Origin: Zygnema circumcarinatum SAG 698-1b
Taxonomy: Eukaryota > Plantae > Zygnematophyceae
NCBI GenBank assembly: GCA_037447605.1
Contig: CM074809.1
Coordinates: 2,718,689 to 2,782,688, forward strand
Reading direction: 5' to 3'
Length of the DNA: 64,000 nt
Below the pieces are notes generated by a model. The model was not told where the DNA came from. It was given only the letters and a program-made list of their open reading frames with translations, and searched no databases. Position 1 is the first letter of the stretch; each line of letters opens with the position of its first letter. The position numbers and the translations under genes were made by a program. Below, piece after piece: positions 13,128-30,600 of the stretch.

Positions 13128-15868
13128 ATGGCCATGGCGGCCGCCATCCTGCCGCCATGGCGCTATGGCGCCCCTCGACGGCTGCCATTCGGAGCCCGCG
13201 CGTATAATGGGCCCGCACTCGTCTGTGAAACGCGGCATTCTATTTTCCGCGTGGCTGCGTCTACCTCTTCCGCTTCTGCAGAGCGTTCCTTCTCTCAATA
13301 CAAATGGTTGCGGGGTATCTACGGAGGTCGCGTAGCCTGCTCGGCTACTGCAGCGATAGAAAGCGCATCTTCGCAGGTCCTTCTTAATCTCCTCTTTTTT
13401 CTCCCTCCCTCCCGCTATTCCTCCTCTTTGCTCTCCTCCCGGTCTTCCTCTCGTTCCCCTTCGTTGACGAATTTGAATTTAAAAGGGGTGGCTTGCTGTG
13501 CTGAGCATGCTGGAATTTTTTTTTATGTATTTGTGGCACTGCAGGATGCAGCTGCCCTTCTTTCCTGGCTGCACGCGAATGGAGCAGTGACAGATGGCGT
13601 GCAGATTGCAGCAGATAGTCGGGGTGGGCTGGGCCTCGTTGCCGCCGCAGACTGCGTGGCCGGGCAGAGGCTGCTGCAGCTTCCCTCTCACTTACAGTTA
13701 ACGGCTGCAAGAGGATCTCGAGGCAATGAGACAACATTCCCTGCTCTGCGCTCTATCATGGAGACCATTCCAGGTAGAGCTACACTCAGAATCGAACGCG
13801 TGTGCATAAATTTCACTTTTTTGAATGAAACATATCGAGGGCTGGTTGTTTTTCGCTGTTCATTTCGTGACTGCTAGAGAACTTGTAGTGTTTCGTGGAT
13901 GCGCTGTTCGTGCTTATTTAGAGAGCTTGGCATGAACTCGTCGAAGCGCTCTTAGATAATCTCAAGTATGGATGTAATGCAGGACAGAGCCTCTGTGGGC
14001 CCTGGAGCTTGGTCTCGTTCTCCTGAGTGAAAGAGCTCGTGATGGTTCTTTCTGGTGGCCTTACATTCGCTGTCTTCCGCAAAGATTTTCGGTTCCTGTC
14101 TTTTTTTCACCCGTCGCCATCGGGGAACTTCGTTATCCTCCTCTCGTGGAACAGGTGAGGCAACTCTTGTTGGAAGTGGCTATCTCTAAAATATGTTCGA
14201 GAGGTTTGAACCTAATCTGCATATTAGACTTCTGAAGCAAAAAATATCCCAAATTACTCCGCAAACTCCTCTTCTCTGATGTACAACTCAGTGGGCTGTA
14301 AGTGGTTGCTATGTAACAAATGTCCTGGGCAGACTTTTCGTTTGTCTAATAATTTTGGTTCTTACAATGTTGCTTTGCATAGAAGGGAGGTCTCTTGTAT
14401 GCTTGTCGCAATTCCATTAGCGTAGTGGTTACTTTGGTGCGAAGTAGGAGGGGCTTGCGTACCAAAACCATGAGTAGAAATTTATAGACACTTTTATTGC
14501 TCGCGGTCTGCCACAGCCATTTTCTCCTTCGCTGGTTAAAACGCTGGTTGTTTTTGAATTACGAGCTTGCTTAGCTAGCCAATTTTAAAAAACATCAGAA
14601 GTGCGTTTGTTTCAGTGACATGCTGTGAACTCAGCACAAGTTTTTTAGGTACGCAAGTCCAAGAAAAGTACGAAATGTTTTTTTGTTCCTCTACAGGTGA
14701 AAATGCGAAGCCGATTCTTGCTACATTTGAGCCAAGAAGTTATGCCCTTAGCCCTTCGGGAGGTTTCTCCACAGCAGCATCCTTTCTGTGGACAGCATGT
14801 GGACACGGGGGCCTTAGCTTGGGCTATGGCAGCTGTCTCAAGCAGGGCCTTCAGACCACGAGGCTTGAAGCAGCCTGCAGCCCTCCTTCCCCTTGTGGAT
14901 ATGGCCAACCACAGCTCTGAACCCAATGCTGCTCTAAGGGCCTGTGATCCGTCAGACGGCGGCGCAGTTGAGGTGCGACGCATTTCCCAGACTCGGGTTG
15001 AAGCTATTTGCGAAGACGCGAAGAGTGAAGACGCGAAGTGCGAGGGATATGGAGGGGAGGGAGGAAAGGAACTAGGAGAAAGTAATGTACTTTTTCTGAT
15101 TGCTTTGATCAAGGTTGATGTCCTCACTATTGGGTCCCTCCATTACGTTGCCAGATGGTTGCTGTCAGTGATATGAAGGCCGGTAGCCCAGTGGAGCTCA
15201 GCTATGGCCCCCTCAGCAACGACTTTCTTTTGCTTGACTATGGATTTGTGGAAGAGGCATGCCGACATGACCGAGTGGAGCTGCGGTTTCAGCTGACATT
15301 GTTGGAAGCGGCTCGAGAGATAGCAGGTGTGCAACAGCAAGCGGACTCTTCTGAAGCTCTGCAAGCACTCCTAACACACCTTCACCTTGAAGGCCAAGGC
15401 AGTAACTTGCTGGTAAGTCGCCCATGCCCCTCCATGCCGAGATTATGACCGTCACTAGTTCAAATTCTTATGGATTTCTTGTGAATGCTGCTCACTAACC
15501 AATTCCACTTCATTCCTGCTCCTGCCTGGCAGGTGACTCTTGGTGGAAATGAGCACGTGGATGGCCGCCTGCTTGCTGTGGCTCGCGGTATGTATGCAGA
15601 TTGGAAAAAAGCAGACCTTCAATCACTTCAGGATTGGAGGGACTCTGCACCACTGGGTCGAGATGTGGAGGAGAAGGCGCTGCGTACTTTGATTGGTTTA
15701 TGTTTGTTGATGGAGGCCCAGCTGCCTCCTCCAACGGATGTTCCTGCGACCATAACGCTTCCCAGCGATGTGCAGTTGGCCGTGGCCTTTCGAAGTGAGA
15801 AGCGTCGCATTGTAATCAATGCTCTGCGTTTCCTCAAGGAGAGGATGCAGCTTCTGAAGCAGCAGTGA
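13128..15868 (+). CDS. Plastid-targeted SET-domain protein lysine methyltransferase (Rubisco LSMT/SETD3-like)
   Basis: Transit-peptide-like exon 1. Later exons encode LLSERARDGSFWWPYIRCLP, LLPLVDMANHS (SET NH motif), ELSYGPLSNDFLLLDYGFV and an LSMT substrate-binding-like C-terminus. Six GT-AG exons. Confidence 0.88.
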
Positions 15869-16515
15869 GTCAAGGGGCCGCATAGAGGGCTCTTCCAAGC
15901 TGGCGGAGATGAGTTATCCATAGACATGCCATTGAAGATGTCTATTGGTGCATATTGAACTGGTTCACACATTGGACCAGGTGTATTAGAGCCTTTGTCC
16001 ATCCTGCAAGTGGAGATCATCGCTTAGAGTGTGGCATACATCCGACCAAGCCCTCGATAATGGGAGGAAACAAGGTAAACCTTCCGTTTGCGGGTGTGTT
16101 GCTAGTCGTCAGGGGCTGCAGACAGTATCCCCAACCGCAGCAGCCATGAAACCATACCGAGTGGTAAAGTTGTCGACCTGGTGTGTGGAAAAAACAGCCA
16201 ACATTCCATATCCGCGTGTGAGGTGTTGCCGTCGTTTTGAACATAGAAAAAGGCCAGGCCCTCTGGCCTCCTTTCCTTCGGTTCTCATGGTGCCCTTATC
16301 ACATGAGTACACTTCTGTACCAGCGTACCATTCTGTTGCAAAGTTGCACAACGCAGTACGAGCGGCCCCGCCTCGTTGCGTCGGCTAGTAGTTCTGTTAT
16401 TGTTGAGTTGAGTGTGGCGTACTTTGTTCGCTGACTATCGGTTTGGTTCCCCATTTCTTCCGTCCAAAAGGCCTGTCGTCGCATGAAATGTCCTTTCTGT
16501 GTACCCTTTGGACCC

Positions 16516-16543
16516 TGATGGCCTCGCCATCGCGAGTTCAATG
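16516..16543 (+). repeat. Dispersed 28-bp hairpin motif, copy 1 (TGATGGCCTCGCCATCGCGAGTTCAATG)
   Basis: Matches copies at 26950-26977 (-), 50978-51005 (+) and 60778-60808 (-). Confidence 0.7.
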
Positions 16544-17431
16544 AAAGTTTTTCACCCTTTTCCCCCTTTGGACCGTGGTGGCTCGTTCCTTCAAAAATTG
16601 TCGTTCCCTTTCCTTGGCCGCAAAGCCCACCCGTCGTTCAACTCACGTGAAGTCACGTCACATAACGTCACGTCTTTGTGCAACACTGAAAAACCAGACC
16701 ACGCGCGACGCGCTGCTACAGGATTGGTGGAACGCCAGATTCGGCAAATCTGTATCAGCCAATCAGAGCCGCCGTCGGCCAGCCTCTTTCGGACTTTCCC
16801 ATCAACGAAATGATGCCATGTGGCATTCATATTTCCTCGTGGCACTGGGACACGTACGGCAGGTCCAGCGTGGCAGCTCCGATCTTGCGGGGCTCCCGTG
16901 AATCCGTGGCCGCTCACGTGCCGTACGGTACGGCTTGGTCCTACATTGGTACGGTACGGCGCCACTCTATACCGTACGGGTCACCGTCATTCCCTTGCCA
17001 TTTCCCGAAGACGACAACCGTCAAGTCGAGTTTGAGTTTGGTCGTCCAATCACGACTTGCCATGGTGGCGTTGTCATTTCGTGGCGGGCGCTGGTTGGCT
17101 GTAGCCCATTCGTACGGTCCTTTACGGCATTTGTCCACACATACGGACGGCGCCTTTCCCTATCGCGGCTCGCCCTGCGACGGAAGGAAGGCTGCCAGTG
17201 AGGGAGTGGCCTTCTGTACGGCAGCAAACACTTCTCGCGCAACGTGGACCGTTGGATCGGAGATCGGACGGAGGAGGGGGGAGGGGAGGGGAGGGGAGGG
17301 GAGGGGAGGGGAGGGAGCAAAGGCGCCGAGAGTTTGGCAGGGGGAGTCTGCTGGTCTGCCTGCCTTCCTGCCTGCGCCGCAGCGGAGAGCTTGGGCTGCC
17401 GCAGAGGGAGGGAGGAGTGAGGAGGGCGACC

Positions 17432-21267
<3,836 letters not shown>

Positions 21268-22175
21268 TACTGTAGGAAACTTCTGATATCTTGAAATTGC
21301 ATTGCTTGGCCTCTCTCGAAAGCGCGCCTGTATCATGTCGTAGTGCTGCCGTTACTGCTCTCAGGTATGAACTAAGCGCCATCCGGTTGATACCCGGCGT
21401 GCCACACATAAGTAGTGTGGTTTTATTTTGGCTTTATATTTCGTCTTTGTATCTGACAATCGGTACTTGAAGTGTTTGCAAGTAGCAGTAGGTTATGCGC
21501 ACATGCCTCTCTTCATTGAGAGGAGAAATTCTTGTAAGCTCTTCCCCCCTCTCGCAGTTGAATGTTTAAAAAGAAAGATTCGCAGGCACCTTCTTACTCG
21601 ACCATGGGATCCAGTAACATCATTTTATGCCATTATCTGAAGACATCCTATTGCATTTATTCTCATCTTATTTCTTACTAATTGAAAACCATTTTAAAGA
21701 CCGAATGCTGCATTCTCTGCGTTTTGGTTTGTTCTGTTATGTGGCCTTGATGCTTGAAATCCTCCATGAGAAAAGTAATCCAGAGTCATCCGCACTTCAG
21801 TCCAGTGGCAGCGAAGCAGACAGTGGCAGCGCACGTGAAGTGACACATAGAAAACCAAGAGTCAGAATTCGAGAATGATGTACAAGTCGTTGTTAAATAC
21901 ACAGAACCTAGACCAACTTGACATTGGAATTGTGAACTCCGAGTTAAACTGCGGCAGTTGACTCATCCACGCAGGCCCTGAAGTTTGAACGATAAATAAA
22001 GCAGGAGTTTGTGTGCTAGCAAAGCTTCAACATGGCAGCTCCTGCGCCAAGATGACCATCTCCCCATTATGTGCACTAAGTACTGATCAGACTTGGCTTG
22101 GGAGATAATAGATGCAGCGGGAGGGACTGCCATCCATGCCATGTGATGCTTGCGGCAGGCCGCACGGCAGTATCT

Positions 22176-25100
22176 TCACACAACGGGATACGATGCGCAG
22201 GTTGCAATGCCTGCAGGCAACATAATTGAAAGGCGATTGAGGTCCAGAATCAAGAGGGCATTCCTTTCCTGCACAAATGCTACAAGGCCGATATATGCAA
22301 CAGCTAGGCAACCGCAAGAGATTCCTACTGCATGCCTAATGCATACATCTGCATTTATCGCCAATGATGTCGTTAAAGAGTTCCAGAAATAACCACGAAA
22401 TTACGCAGAGATAATGCACTTGTAGATGATTCAAATGAATTAGATAGTTCCGTTGGCGAGTTCACACTGAAAAATACACAATTGTCCACATCTATGACTG
22501 CAGGAACATTGTAAAAGAATCGGAGGCCACAAACTTGTATATCAGAAGTACGTAAACGTTGACTTCGTTTGGACTACGCACATCAATTGGTGCAGCTTCC
22601 ACACTGGTAGAGCAACAGGTTGGAGGAACGAACAGCAACTTCGAGGAAAATAAACACAATCGAATTTCGACGGGGTTAGTACTCACCACACATATTCTTT
22701 CCCATCTCGATGTTGAAGTAACCTTTCTCTCCCCAATCCGAGCCCCATGAATTCTTGACGATGAAGTAAGGTATTCCGAGCCCAACAGCGTCGAAACCCA
22801 CAGCAACAACAGCGTGGTTTACAGTCTGTATTGTATATGTCAAAACAAAAAGGTTAAAGCAAGTGAGTGAGTGAGTGAGTGATCATTGTGAATATACAGA
22901 ACGATTTGAATCAGGCTTTGAGGTATGCTCCTTGTTCAAGGTTCATCATAAAGAAGAATCTATCCTAACATTTAGTCCAACTAACACAAGAAAGCAAAAC
23001 AGTGATGTTTCCATGTCCCAATGGCAGGTGCGGTCGCTATTGCAGTTGCCATGGTTTGCTTGGAAGTCCTGCGCTGTGGTATCATGCTAGGAAGTATGTC
23101 AACGCACGTCTGTCCAAGCAACTGTAGAGCAAACAATTCCACCACTGCTGAGCAACAAAACACATATGGACAATTGACTGTAGCACCAAATACGGTGCCA
23201 CAAGCATAACCAGTGCGACTACGGCGTGGGTGACTGGAATAACTGAACACACTGCGGTCGTCTGTGTACCAGACATGTTGACAGAATGCAATTCGGTACT
23301 ATGAGCTCGGAGTCGTGCTGAAAGAAAAAGAAGTACATGGATGCCTTTTCCAACGCTACGTTGAGACCTAAGTGACGGATTTAGACTAGTCCATTTCTTG
23401 TCCACTCTTCCCATTCTGTTGCAACTGTTCATGTGAGACCTGTAAAACAGCTCCAGACAGGCTCACGCTAGACTAGTATAGATTTTAGTGCACCGACGAT
23501 TCTGATTTGACAACACTCTCTTCACATAGCCTCCCCAAATGAACCAGCGAGATGTCTCATACCTCTGCGGTCGATTTGCAGTTTGTTGACGTGTACACTC
23601 CATTCTTGTAGAACCTAAAGTCAGATACTACTTGATAGGCAATGCTGACCGGCCGGACAAAGGCTACAGCATCTGTCAATTCCGCTTCATCAAACTGCAA
23701 AACACAAAATGTTGGAGAGTCTTCACCTAATTCTCAATCTGAGATTCCATGATTTACTAGCAGTTTTACATCTAAATGCTACGCTAGAAAGACAAGTGAA
23801 ATCACCAGCATTCAAGCACAAAAAAGTATTAAGTTTAGGGGAGAAGTCACCAACATGCTGCAAGACTTATTGCCTTTGTAGCAGGGTCCATTAACAAAGC
23901 CTCGCATCTTACTTGTTAACCATGACTGTCACCCTGATGACATCACGAAACCTTCTTGGCAAGGCATTTCACAAATAACCTCTAGAGAGGCGTTAAACAA
24001 GTTATCTTGAACCGGATAGAACTATGTACAATGGCATGAACTTCGCAAAAAAGACAGACATGAACAAATGATAAACATTTGGTAGCAGAAGCAAGAAATA
24101 CAACAACCAAAAAATCCCTTGCATGAAAGATGTGTGTACCTCTGTGATGTTGACAACAGCCTTCACAGTGGCACCAACAACCTCAGGGTTAAACTTGCAA
24201 TCTCCATCTTTTGCAGTGTAAGGATATCCGTCCTCCGTGTCAATGCCACCGTTGTACAGAATATATTCATATGCCTGCAATGCACTCGGACAGCAGTGAT
24301 GACTACAAGTTTAGGAGGTAAAGGGCCTTCTTGATTTTTCTTGTAATGCCATTTTACTACGAAAGATTCCCATGAACGGAGATTCCCTACGAGACACAAT
24401 ATAAACCAATAGTAAGGCAGACGCCCTGCGACAGAAGTGTTGACCAGTGTATACAGCGCTCAAAGTGGAGAGAATGCTAATACGAAGTGCACCTCCATGG
24501 CATCAACGCAAGAAAGTAAAAAAAGAAATAAAAAGCAGCCTACCTGAGAGGGAAGTCCACCACCGCAACCAAAGTTATTAAATTTGCCAGCACAATCAAC
24601 AAGTTGCTGCTCCGAGAGAAGTACCGACTTCCCAGTGGCTTGTGCATGTGCTGCTTCCAGGGCTCCAGTAGTGCTGAAAACAACCCAGCCATCGCAATAT
24701 TCATCAATCAGGTAAGAAAGTTAAATTAGCAGTCAAGTGCTGGGTAGCAGAAGTTACCTTTAAACAATTCAGTATGTATTGATTTCTTTGCATCCACGCC
24801 AAAAGTACCTTGAGATGTAAGGCTAAGATGAGCTCTTGGCAAGCCTGTGATATGCGTGTGCATGTTGAAGGAATAGCATGGAGATGTCTAGCTAATGAAC
24901 CACCAAAAAACTTTCTTTGCCCCTTTGTAGCTCTTAGAGTACAACCAACAAGGTGCAATTTTAGTCGGGCAACAATCAAGCAATCTGCAAACCTATACTG
25001 TCATAAAACCTTCGATAACATTTCAATTATAGAAACACGAAACTGCAACCAGAGGGCCGCTATCAAAGGGATAAACAATTTCAGACCCACCTGAACGTCC

Positions 25101-26303
25101 AGCAGGAACCACATCCACCCTGATTCTTTATTGGACCGACGATGCCATCCTCACGCCAGTCTTTCTGCATCCCATTGACAAAAGACAATGGCCAGTTAAC
25201 AGTCAGAAAGGCCAATCAAGTGCAACATTTGCAGGTTTTCCTTTCGACAACATACTGCATTGCAGAGTTCTGGCATTCCATGAAAGGCGTACGGATCCAA
25301 ACATTTCGCAATGCCAAGCTAGGTCGACCTTTTAAAAAACCAATAAAATACAACAAGATAATTCAGCAAGTAGCAACTTTGCATGTCAATCAGCACTGCG
25401 ATGGTCTAAAAGAAACCACCAAGTGATCAAACATCACGGTCAACGTTGTTCACCTTGGTGGGGAGGACACGGTTGGACTTGACATGGTTTCCTTTTGTAG
25501 CTGAGCAATTCTGAGCTGCTCCAAGCATCTTCGATTTGAACTCCTCCCAGGTCCAGTCCGCAAACTCTGACAGAGAGAAAACAATGTAGTAAGGAATACG
25601 TTAAGAACGTTTAGTCCACGTGTCGCACTATTCTCAATCGTTAGCAAACTTACATGGCTCCATCTCTGCCATCAAGACGATACAAATGTGGCATGACTCG
25701 CCTGATCAACTCAATGCAAACCAGTAACGCAGTTTTCCACAATGCTGATGAGATCTAAACTCACTGTTGAGTTCCAGTGTGTACGGAAGAGCAGCAGTAT
25801 TGGCTGCTTCCACCATTGCCTTGCTTTCCTTGAAATTTTCGAATCGTTGAAATAACTCAGTCTTGGTAGAATAGCGCTTCTCGTAGCTGCAACAGAGAAA
25901 ATCGAACAATCAAATCCTTCTGGTTTGTTTAGCATTTTCCGTCAGCAGAATTAAGCTGATACCCAGAAGGGAATCATGCCGAGAACCAAGAAATGCAATC
26001 TCGAGCAACGATACGTACAACGGGAAAGGAATGAGCATGGCCTGTATCCAATGACAGGAAATTCCCATTACAAATTCAATTTCCAATTGGCACAAGCATA
26101 GACAGACGCAATGCTGACCTGATCACGTAATTCTTGAACTCTTCAACATGCAGGCCGCTTCCGAGCAGGTCAAAGTCTTCCGGAAGATCAAGCGCTTCCG
26201 TAACCATTGATATGCCAGGCTGCGGAATTTCATCGAGAGGCCTCAATGCCGCGCTCAGACCAAGGAAGGGGAGCAACAATGCTACGGTTAGCAGGCCCGC
26301 CAT
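22176..26303 (-). CDS. Aleurain-like / cathepsin H papain-family cysteine protease
   Basis: Signal peptide, I29 prodomain, minichain GAAQNCSAT, catalytic [19 protein letters not shown] and KNSWG, ending [14 protein letters not shown]. Nine exons. Confidence 0.95.
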
Positions 26304-26693
26304 GGCTACCTCGCACTGTTGCGTCGCTCTGCTCTTGCAGGCGCTTTCTCCAAACTCGCACTTCGAGAGGTCTTTGTTTCGACCAGAGGGCTGCGAAACA
26401 TGAGCGACGGCGCGTTCATTTCTGACACGTGGCATGTCACTAACCACTTTGCAAGGATCTTTGATTTCTTTCGTTGTTAGTTGTTTGACTTTATGGGAGG
26501 TACAGTGTTCAAAATCCAAGAAGTCGAGTTACTCGAAAGATATGACAGGTTTGGATGGTTCTGTTTCTCTTCTTTTTCCGAGTTCTGGTTGGTCATTGGA
26601 GGGTCTTTCGTCCCATGAAGTGCGTCTTCTCTGACCATTTTGGAGTTCCGATCGCTGGCTCATCGTGGGTATATTTTAAAAATAAGAAAATAC

Positions 26694-26784
<91 letters not shown>
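26694..26784. repeat. (TA)n microsatellite
   Basis: About 90 bp near-perfect TA run. Confidence 0.95.
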
Positions 26785-26786
<2 letters not shown>

Positions 26787-26949
26787 CCTCGAGATTGGCA
26801 GGCATCACACGTCACTCCATATCATAGGAGGGATATTTCTCTCCATAACTTCATTCTACCTGACAAAAAGTAACATGGAGAAAAACTTGCGTACGGACGT
26901 TTGCAGTTTCCCCCAAATTACACCCCCTTCAATAAAGGGAGAAATTTGA

Positions 26950-26977
26950 CATTGATCTCATGATGGCGATGCCATCA
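26950..26977 (-). repeat. Dispersed 28-bp hairpin motif, copy 2
   Basis: Minus strand reads TGATGGCATCGCCATCATGAGATCAATG; similarity to copy 3 extends to ~27003. Confidence 0.75.
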
Positions 26978-27685
26978 AACGTACATGAACAAAACCAACA
27001 TGGTGAACCTCCTTTCAATAAAGGAGACAAGGGAATATTTACCATAGTGCCACCGAGAGGTACTCAATCAAGCGGAATCGACACCGGATTGGACATGGTC
27101 ACCGCACAAATGTTAGGGGTCTCAGATCTGACACTTCACCTAGGATTCGAACTTTTTGGCAGTCTCTCATTCAAAACCGGGCAACGCCTCGATCAACATA
27201 CACACTAAAGCACTTATCAGAGGGGAACAAGTTTGCACCAAAGTAGCCGCAGAAAGTAAGCGTGCTTTGGAGCCCGGTACAAATGGGCAATCACAGGATC
27301 CAAGCACACGGAATTTCATCTGGTATCCTTCCAATTGGCTGAGGAGAGAATGCCCGGCAAATTTACCAACAAAAATATACAGAGTGACTAAATATCAATG
27401 GATACACCCGGACACACACTACGACGCAGCAGCCGAACTGAATGCCGCCGACTGGTGACGAACACGACGCATGGATGACAGATTCAGACATGAATGCATG
27501 GGCTGCAGGGTCGATGCCATGGCCGTGATGCCATGGCCATGGCAGCATCTCGCCATGCCCTCCTTGGCGTGACTTACATCGCACATACCCGCTGATATTC
27601 CCACGCAACTCTCTCAGTGCCTGAGAATAGAGCAGTTCCAGCTGTACCAACTCCCCTGTTCCATTCCTATGTCTCATCTACCCAT

Positions 27686-30600
27686 CTACGCCAGGTACCT
27701 GAAGTTATTCGGGTTCTCCTTATCGCGCTCTAAATATTCGCGTGCAATCAAATCCTCAATCCTTTTCTTGATTACTTTGAAGTCCGGCTGCAGCAAGAGG
27801 TGATAGCACCACGTGAGTACACGGTTGATTGATGTTTGAATCTTGTTTCAGTCAAACAAAGAGCAGGACCCAGAAGCGTACCTTGAACATGCGGCCAAGC
27901 TGCTCCACGCATTCCAGAACCAACTGCTGGTGGCCCAACACCTTGCGGCTCTTCATGATGCGCACCAACGAGGCATCAATTGCGTATCGTCTGTCCTTGT
28001 CCACATCCTCGATGACCTTCTTCTTCTCATCCATGGGAGGCAGCGGAATCTGCACGCAAGGCAGACTCAAAATTAAGCAACAAAAGGTTGAAGCTTCCTG
28101 CAGAAGTCCAGTGGATCCAAGAATGAGGAAGGAGCTCGGACAGGAGCCTGCTTAAGCTCATCCAAAGACGCGACAACTCTGTAATGTAAGTCAGAACAGT
28201 CACACAGACGACCATTACACGGAGAGGAAGTGTCAGTCGAATAGACTGAACGACTGCAGTACTCCAACCCACACAATCTCCTGAGACTCACCTTGATTCT
28301 TCGCAACCTATCGGTGAATGTGTCGTTGAACTGAAATACATCATTCACATCCACATTCTTTGTGTTTGATTCTTTGGATAGAATTTTGTATTTAGCGCAG
28401 GATAGAGAATGGAGAAGTCTGACAACATCCTCGTCTGTGAGATTTAATTGCCCTTTGATATCTTGATAGCTCAGTCTGTCAACAGAATTGAACAGGAGAA
28501 GAACTGCGGCCTGCCAAGACACAGGCATACGGAAAGAAGCTTCATTAGGTCAACTTCTTGCAAGTGGAAGAACAATTCATTAGATCATCTGTCGTGAATT
28601 GTAGTGGACAGTCAAAACAAAAAAATTGCCCTACTGAAAGTAGAATTCCATTGCTGCGCCAGGGAAGGGCCCAAATTATTGCTTCATTTCTTAGTGCCAA
28701 TAAAAAGACATTCAACTAGACAAGCAGACAGCCTCCTGACAATGCTCACCTGATAAGTCGTCACGATCAGCTCAATAGGCTTCGGCTGGAATTTTCCTAT
28801 AACGTTGCAAGTTCCCAAAGAATATATCCATGTCAGCTTCCGATGTTTCGTCTTTGTTTGATAAAATTCCTTGAAGACCTCGACACATTTCACCTGGAAA
28901 CAAATAAATGTTTGCATCAGAATGCAAGTTATGAGTACTTTCGCCTGCATTGCACAGCATATGAGATCTGCGAGTATACAACAGATTTCTCTCATCTAAC
29001 CAATACATCAGTCACACAAACACATGACATGCCAGGCTGCACAAACACGTCTTCCTAAAGCAAATACAGAACAGCGCACAATGCAGCCAAGCTGATAATT
29101 GATCAGTTTCACAGCGCTTGAACTCACCATCTCTGCTGGGAGTGCCAGGTCCGATGACTTGTAGCTTGGCCAAAAACCCGTTGTCAGAACTGTAACCGTA
29201 AGATCAATGCCAGGATGTGCTGAAGGATTGTCTGCCAAAAACTCTTCAAATGAAGTCTGGTTTTCACGAGCTAAGGTAAGATCAGTTACCTGCGTAAAAA
29301 GGGGGGCAAAGGTCAATTCAACGCTGATACAGCAAACAGTTAGGCACTTCGCATAAAAATGAGCAAGTACAGCTGCTAGGCAAGATCTTCAGCACTTCCG
29401 ATCCAGAATTATGGCCACAAATAGGCGAGTACTAATACTTTACAAAGTCAACACTTTAGATAGCCAAGTCCAACTCGTCAAGTAAAGTATGGACAAAAAA
29501 ATTCCGAGGAAAACTTATAAAGCAAACAAAACAACACACATTTATTTCGAGTCCATTATTTTTTCCTGACTACGAGCATATGTCAATCATTTAACCACCA
29601 TTCCCTACTTTGACTCTCCATGAATCAACCAACCAAAGAGCAGGTTCAAAAACTTCTCACAAGAGCTCAGTGGTCCTTCAATACTAGCGGATGCAAGATC
29701 TGCCCGCCAACAGGAAAAGGTATTCAAGAACGCTGCCTCTCAACCACCATGCTTATGAACGTACCATGCCTTCCATTTTGGAAGTGAACTGGCCACCACA
29801 CTGCTGCTTGAGTTTCGTCAAAATGCTTCGCTCGTGATCATCATTTGCACTCTTATCAAAAAGAAGCCGACGGGCGAGCTTTTTCCTGAACAGAGAAGAT
29901 GACAGCATAAGAAACACGCGCTAGGAGTGGCCAAGCAGAAAAACTCAGGCTCGAATCAGAAAAAAACCCGAGCAATGATCACGACCCACCATCTCAAGCC
30001 TAGCTTAAGATCCTCACCAGGCGCCCTACACTTCTGCTGTATTATTGGACTCACAGCCAATATCTACTGTTTGCAGCCTCTTGACACTGGCGCAACTGAT
30101 CTCTTTCACTCAAAACAACAACATGCAAGATATAGCAGCCTCTCTTTCCACAGCAAAATGAGAAAGCAAAGTTTATACCTGTAAAACTCAGCAAAAAGAT
30201 CCTTGTCACTTATGTATGCAAGTAAGCGCACAACCTGTTGAAGACAGTCCAGAGCCAACAAACAAAACCAGAATAAGGAGCAGCAGTCATGAAAGAACGT
30301 GCTACTTGATAACCCACAGATGCTGAAAATACACGTGACGAGCGCTACAAACTACAAAAACGCGTGAAGGACAAAAGTGTGGAATGAAAGCTACCAGCAT
30401 TGAGTGCGACATAAGTTAGCAGAACTAAAAACGGCATAGATTAACGAGGAGAACTGAAACATGAAATAAATATTGGCAAGCAAGAAGGACCTTGAAAGCA
30501 ACAAACTTACCATCCCCTTGACCTTGGTCATATTATTCTGTACAGATGCAGCTAAGTACACAGGCCGTGATGCAAAGCAATTGCGATTACCTTTTCTAGT

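Noticed and set aside
16516-16543. Dispersed hairpin motif as a Helitron 3' end
   Set aside because: No CTRR terminus at the expected ~10-15 nt spacing on either strand in the four copies.
26555-26873. YIYIYI ORFs
   Set aside because: Translations of the (TA)n tract.
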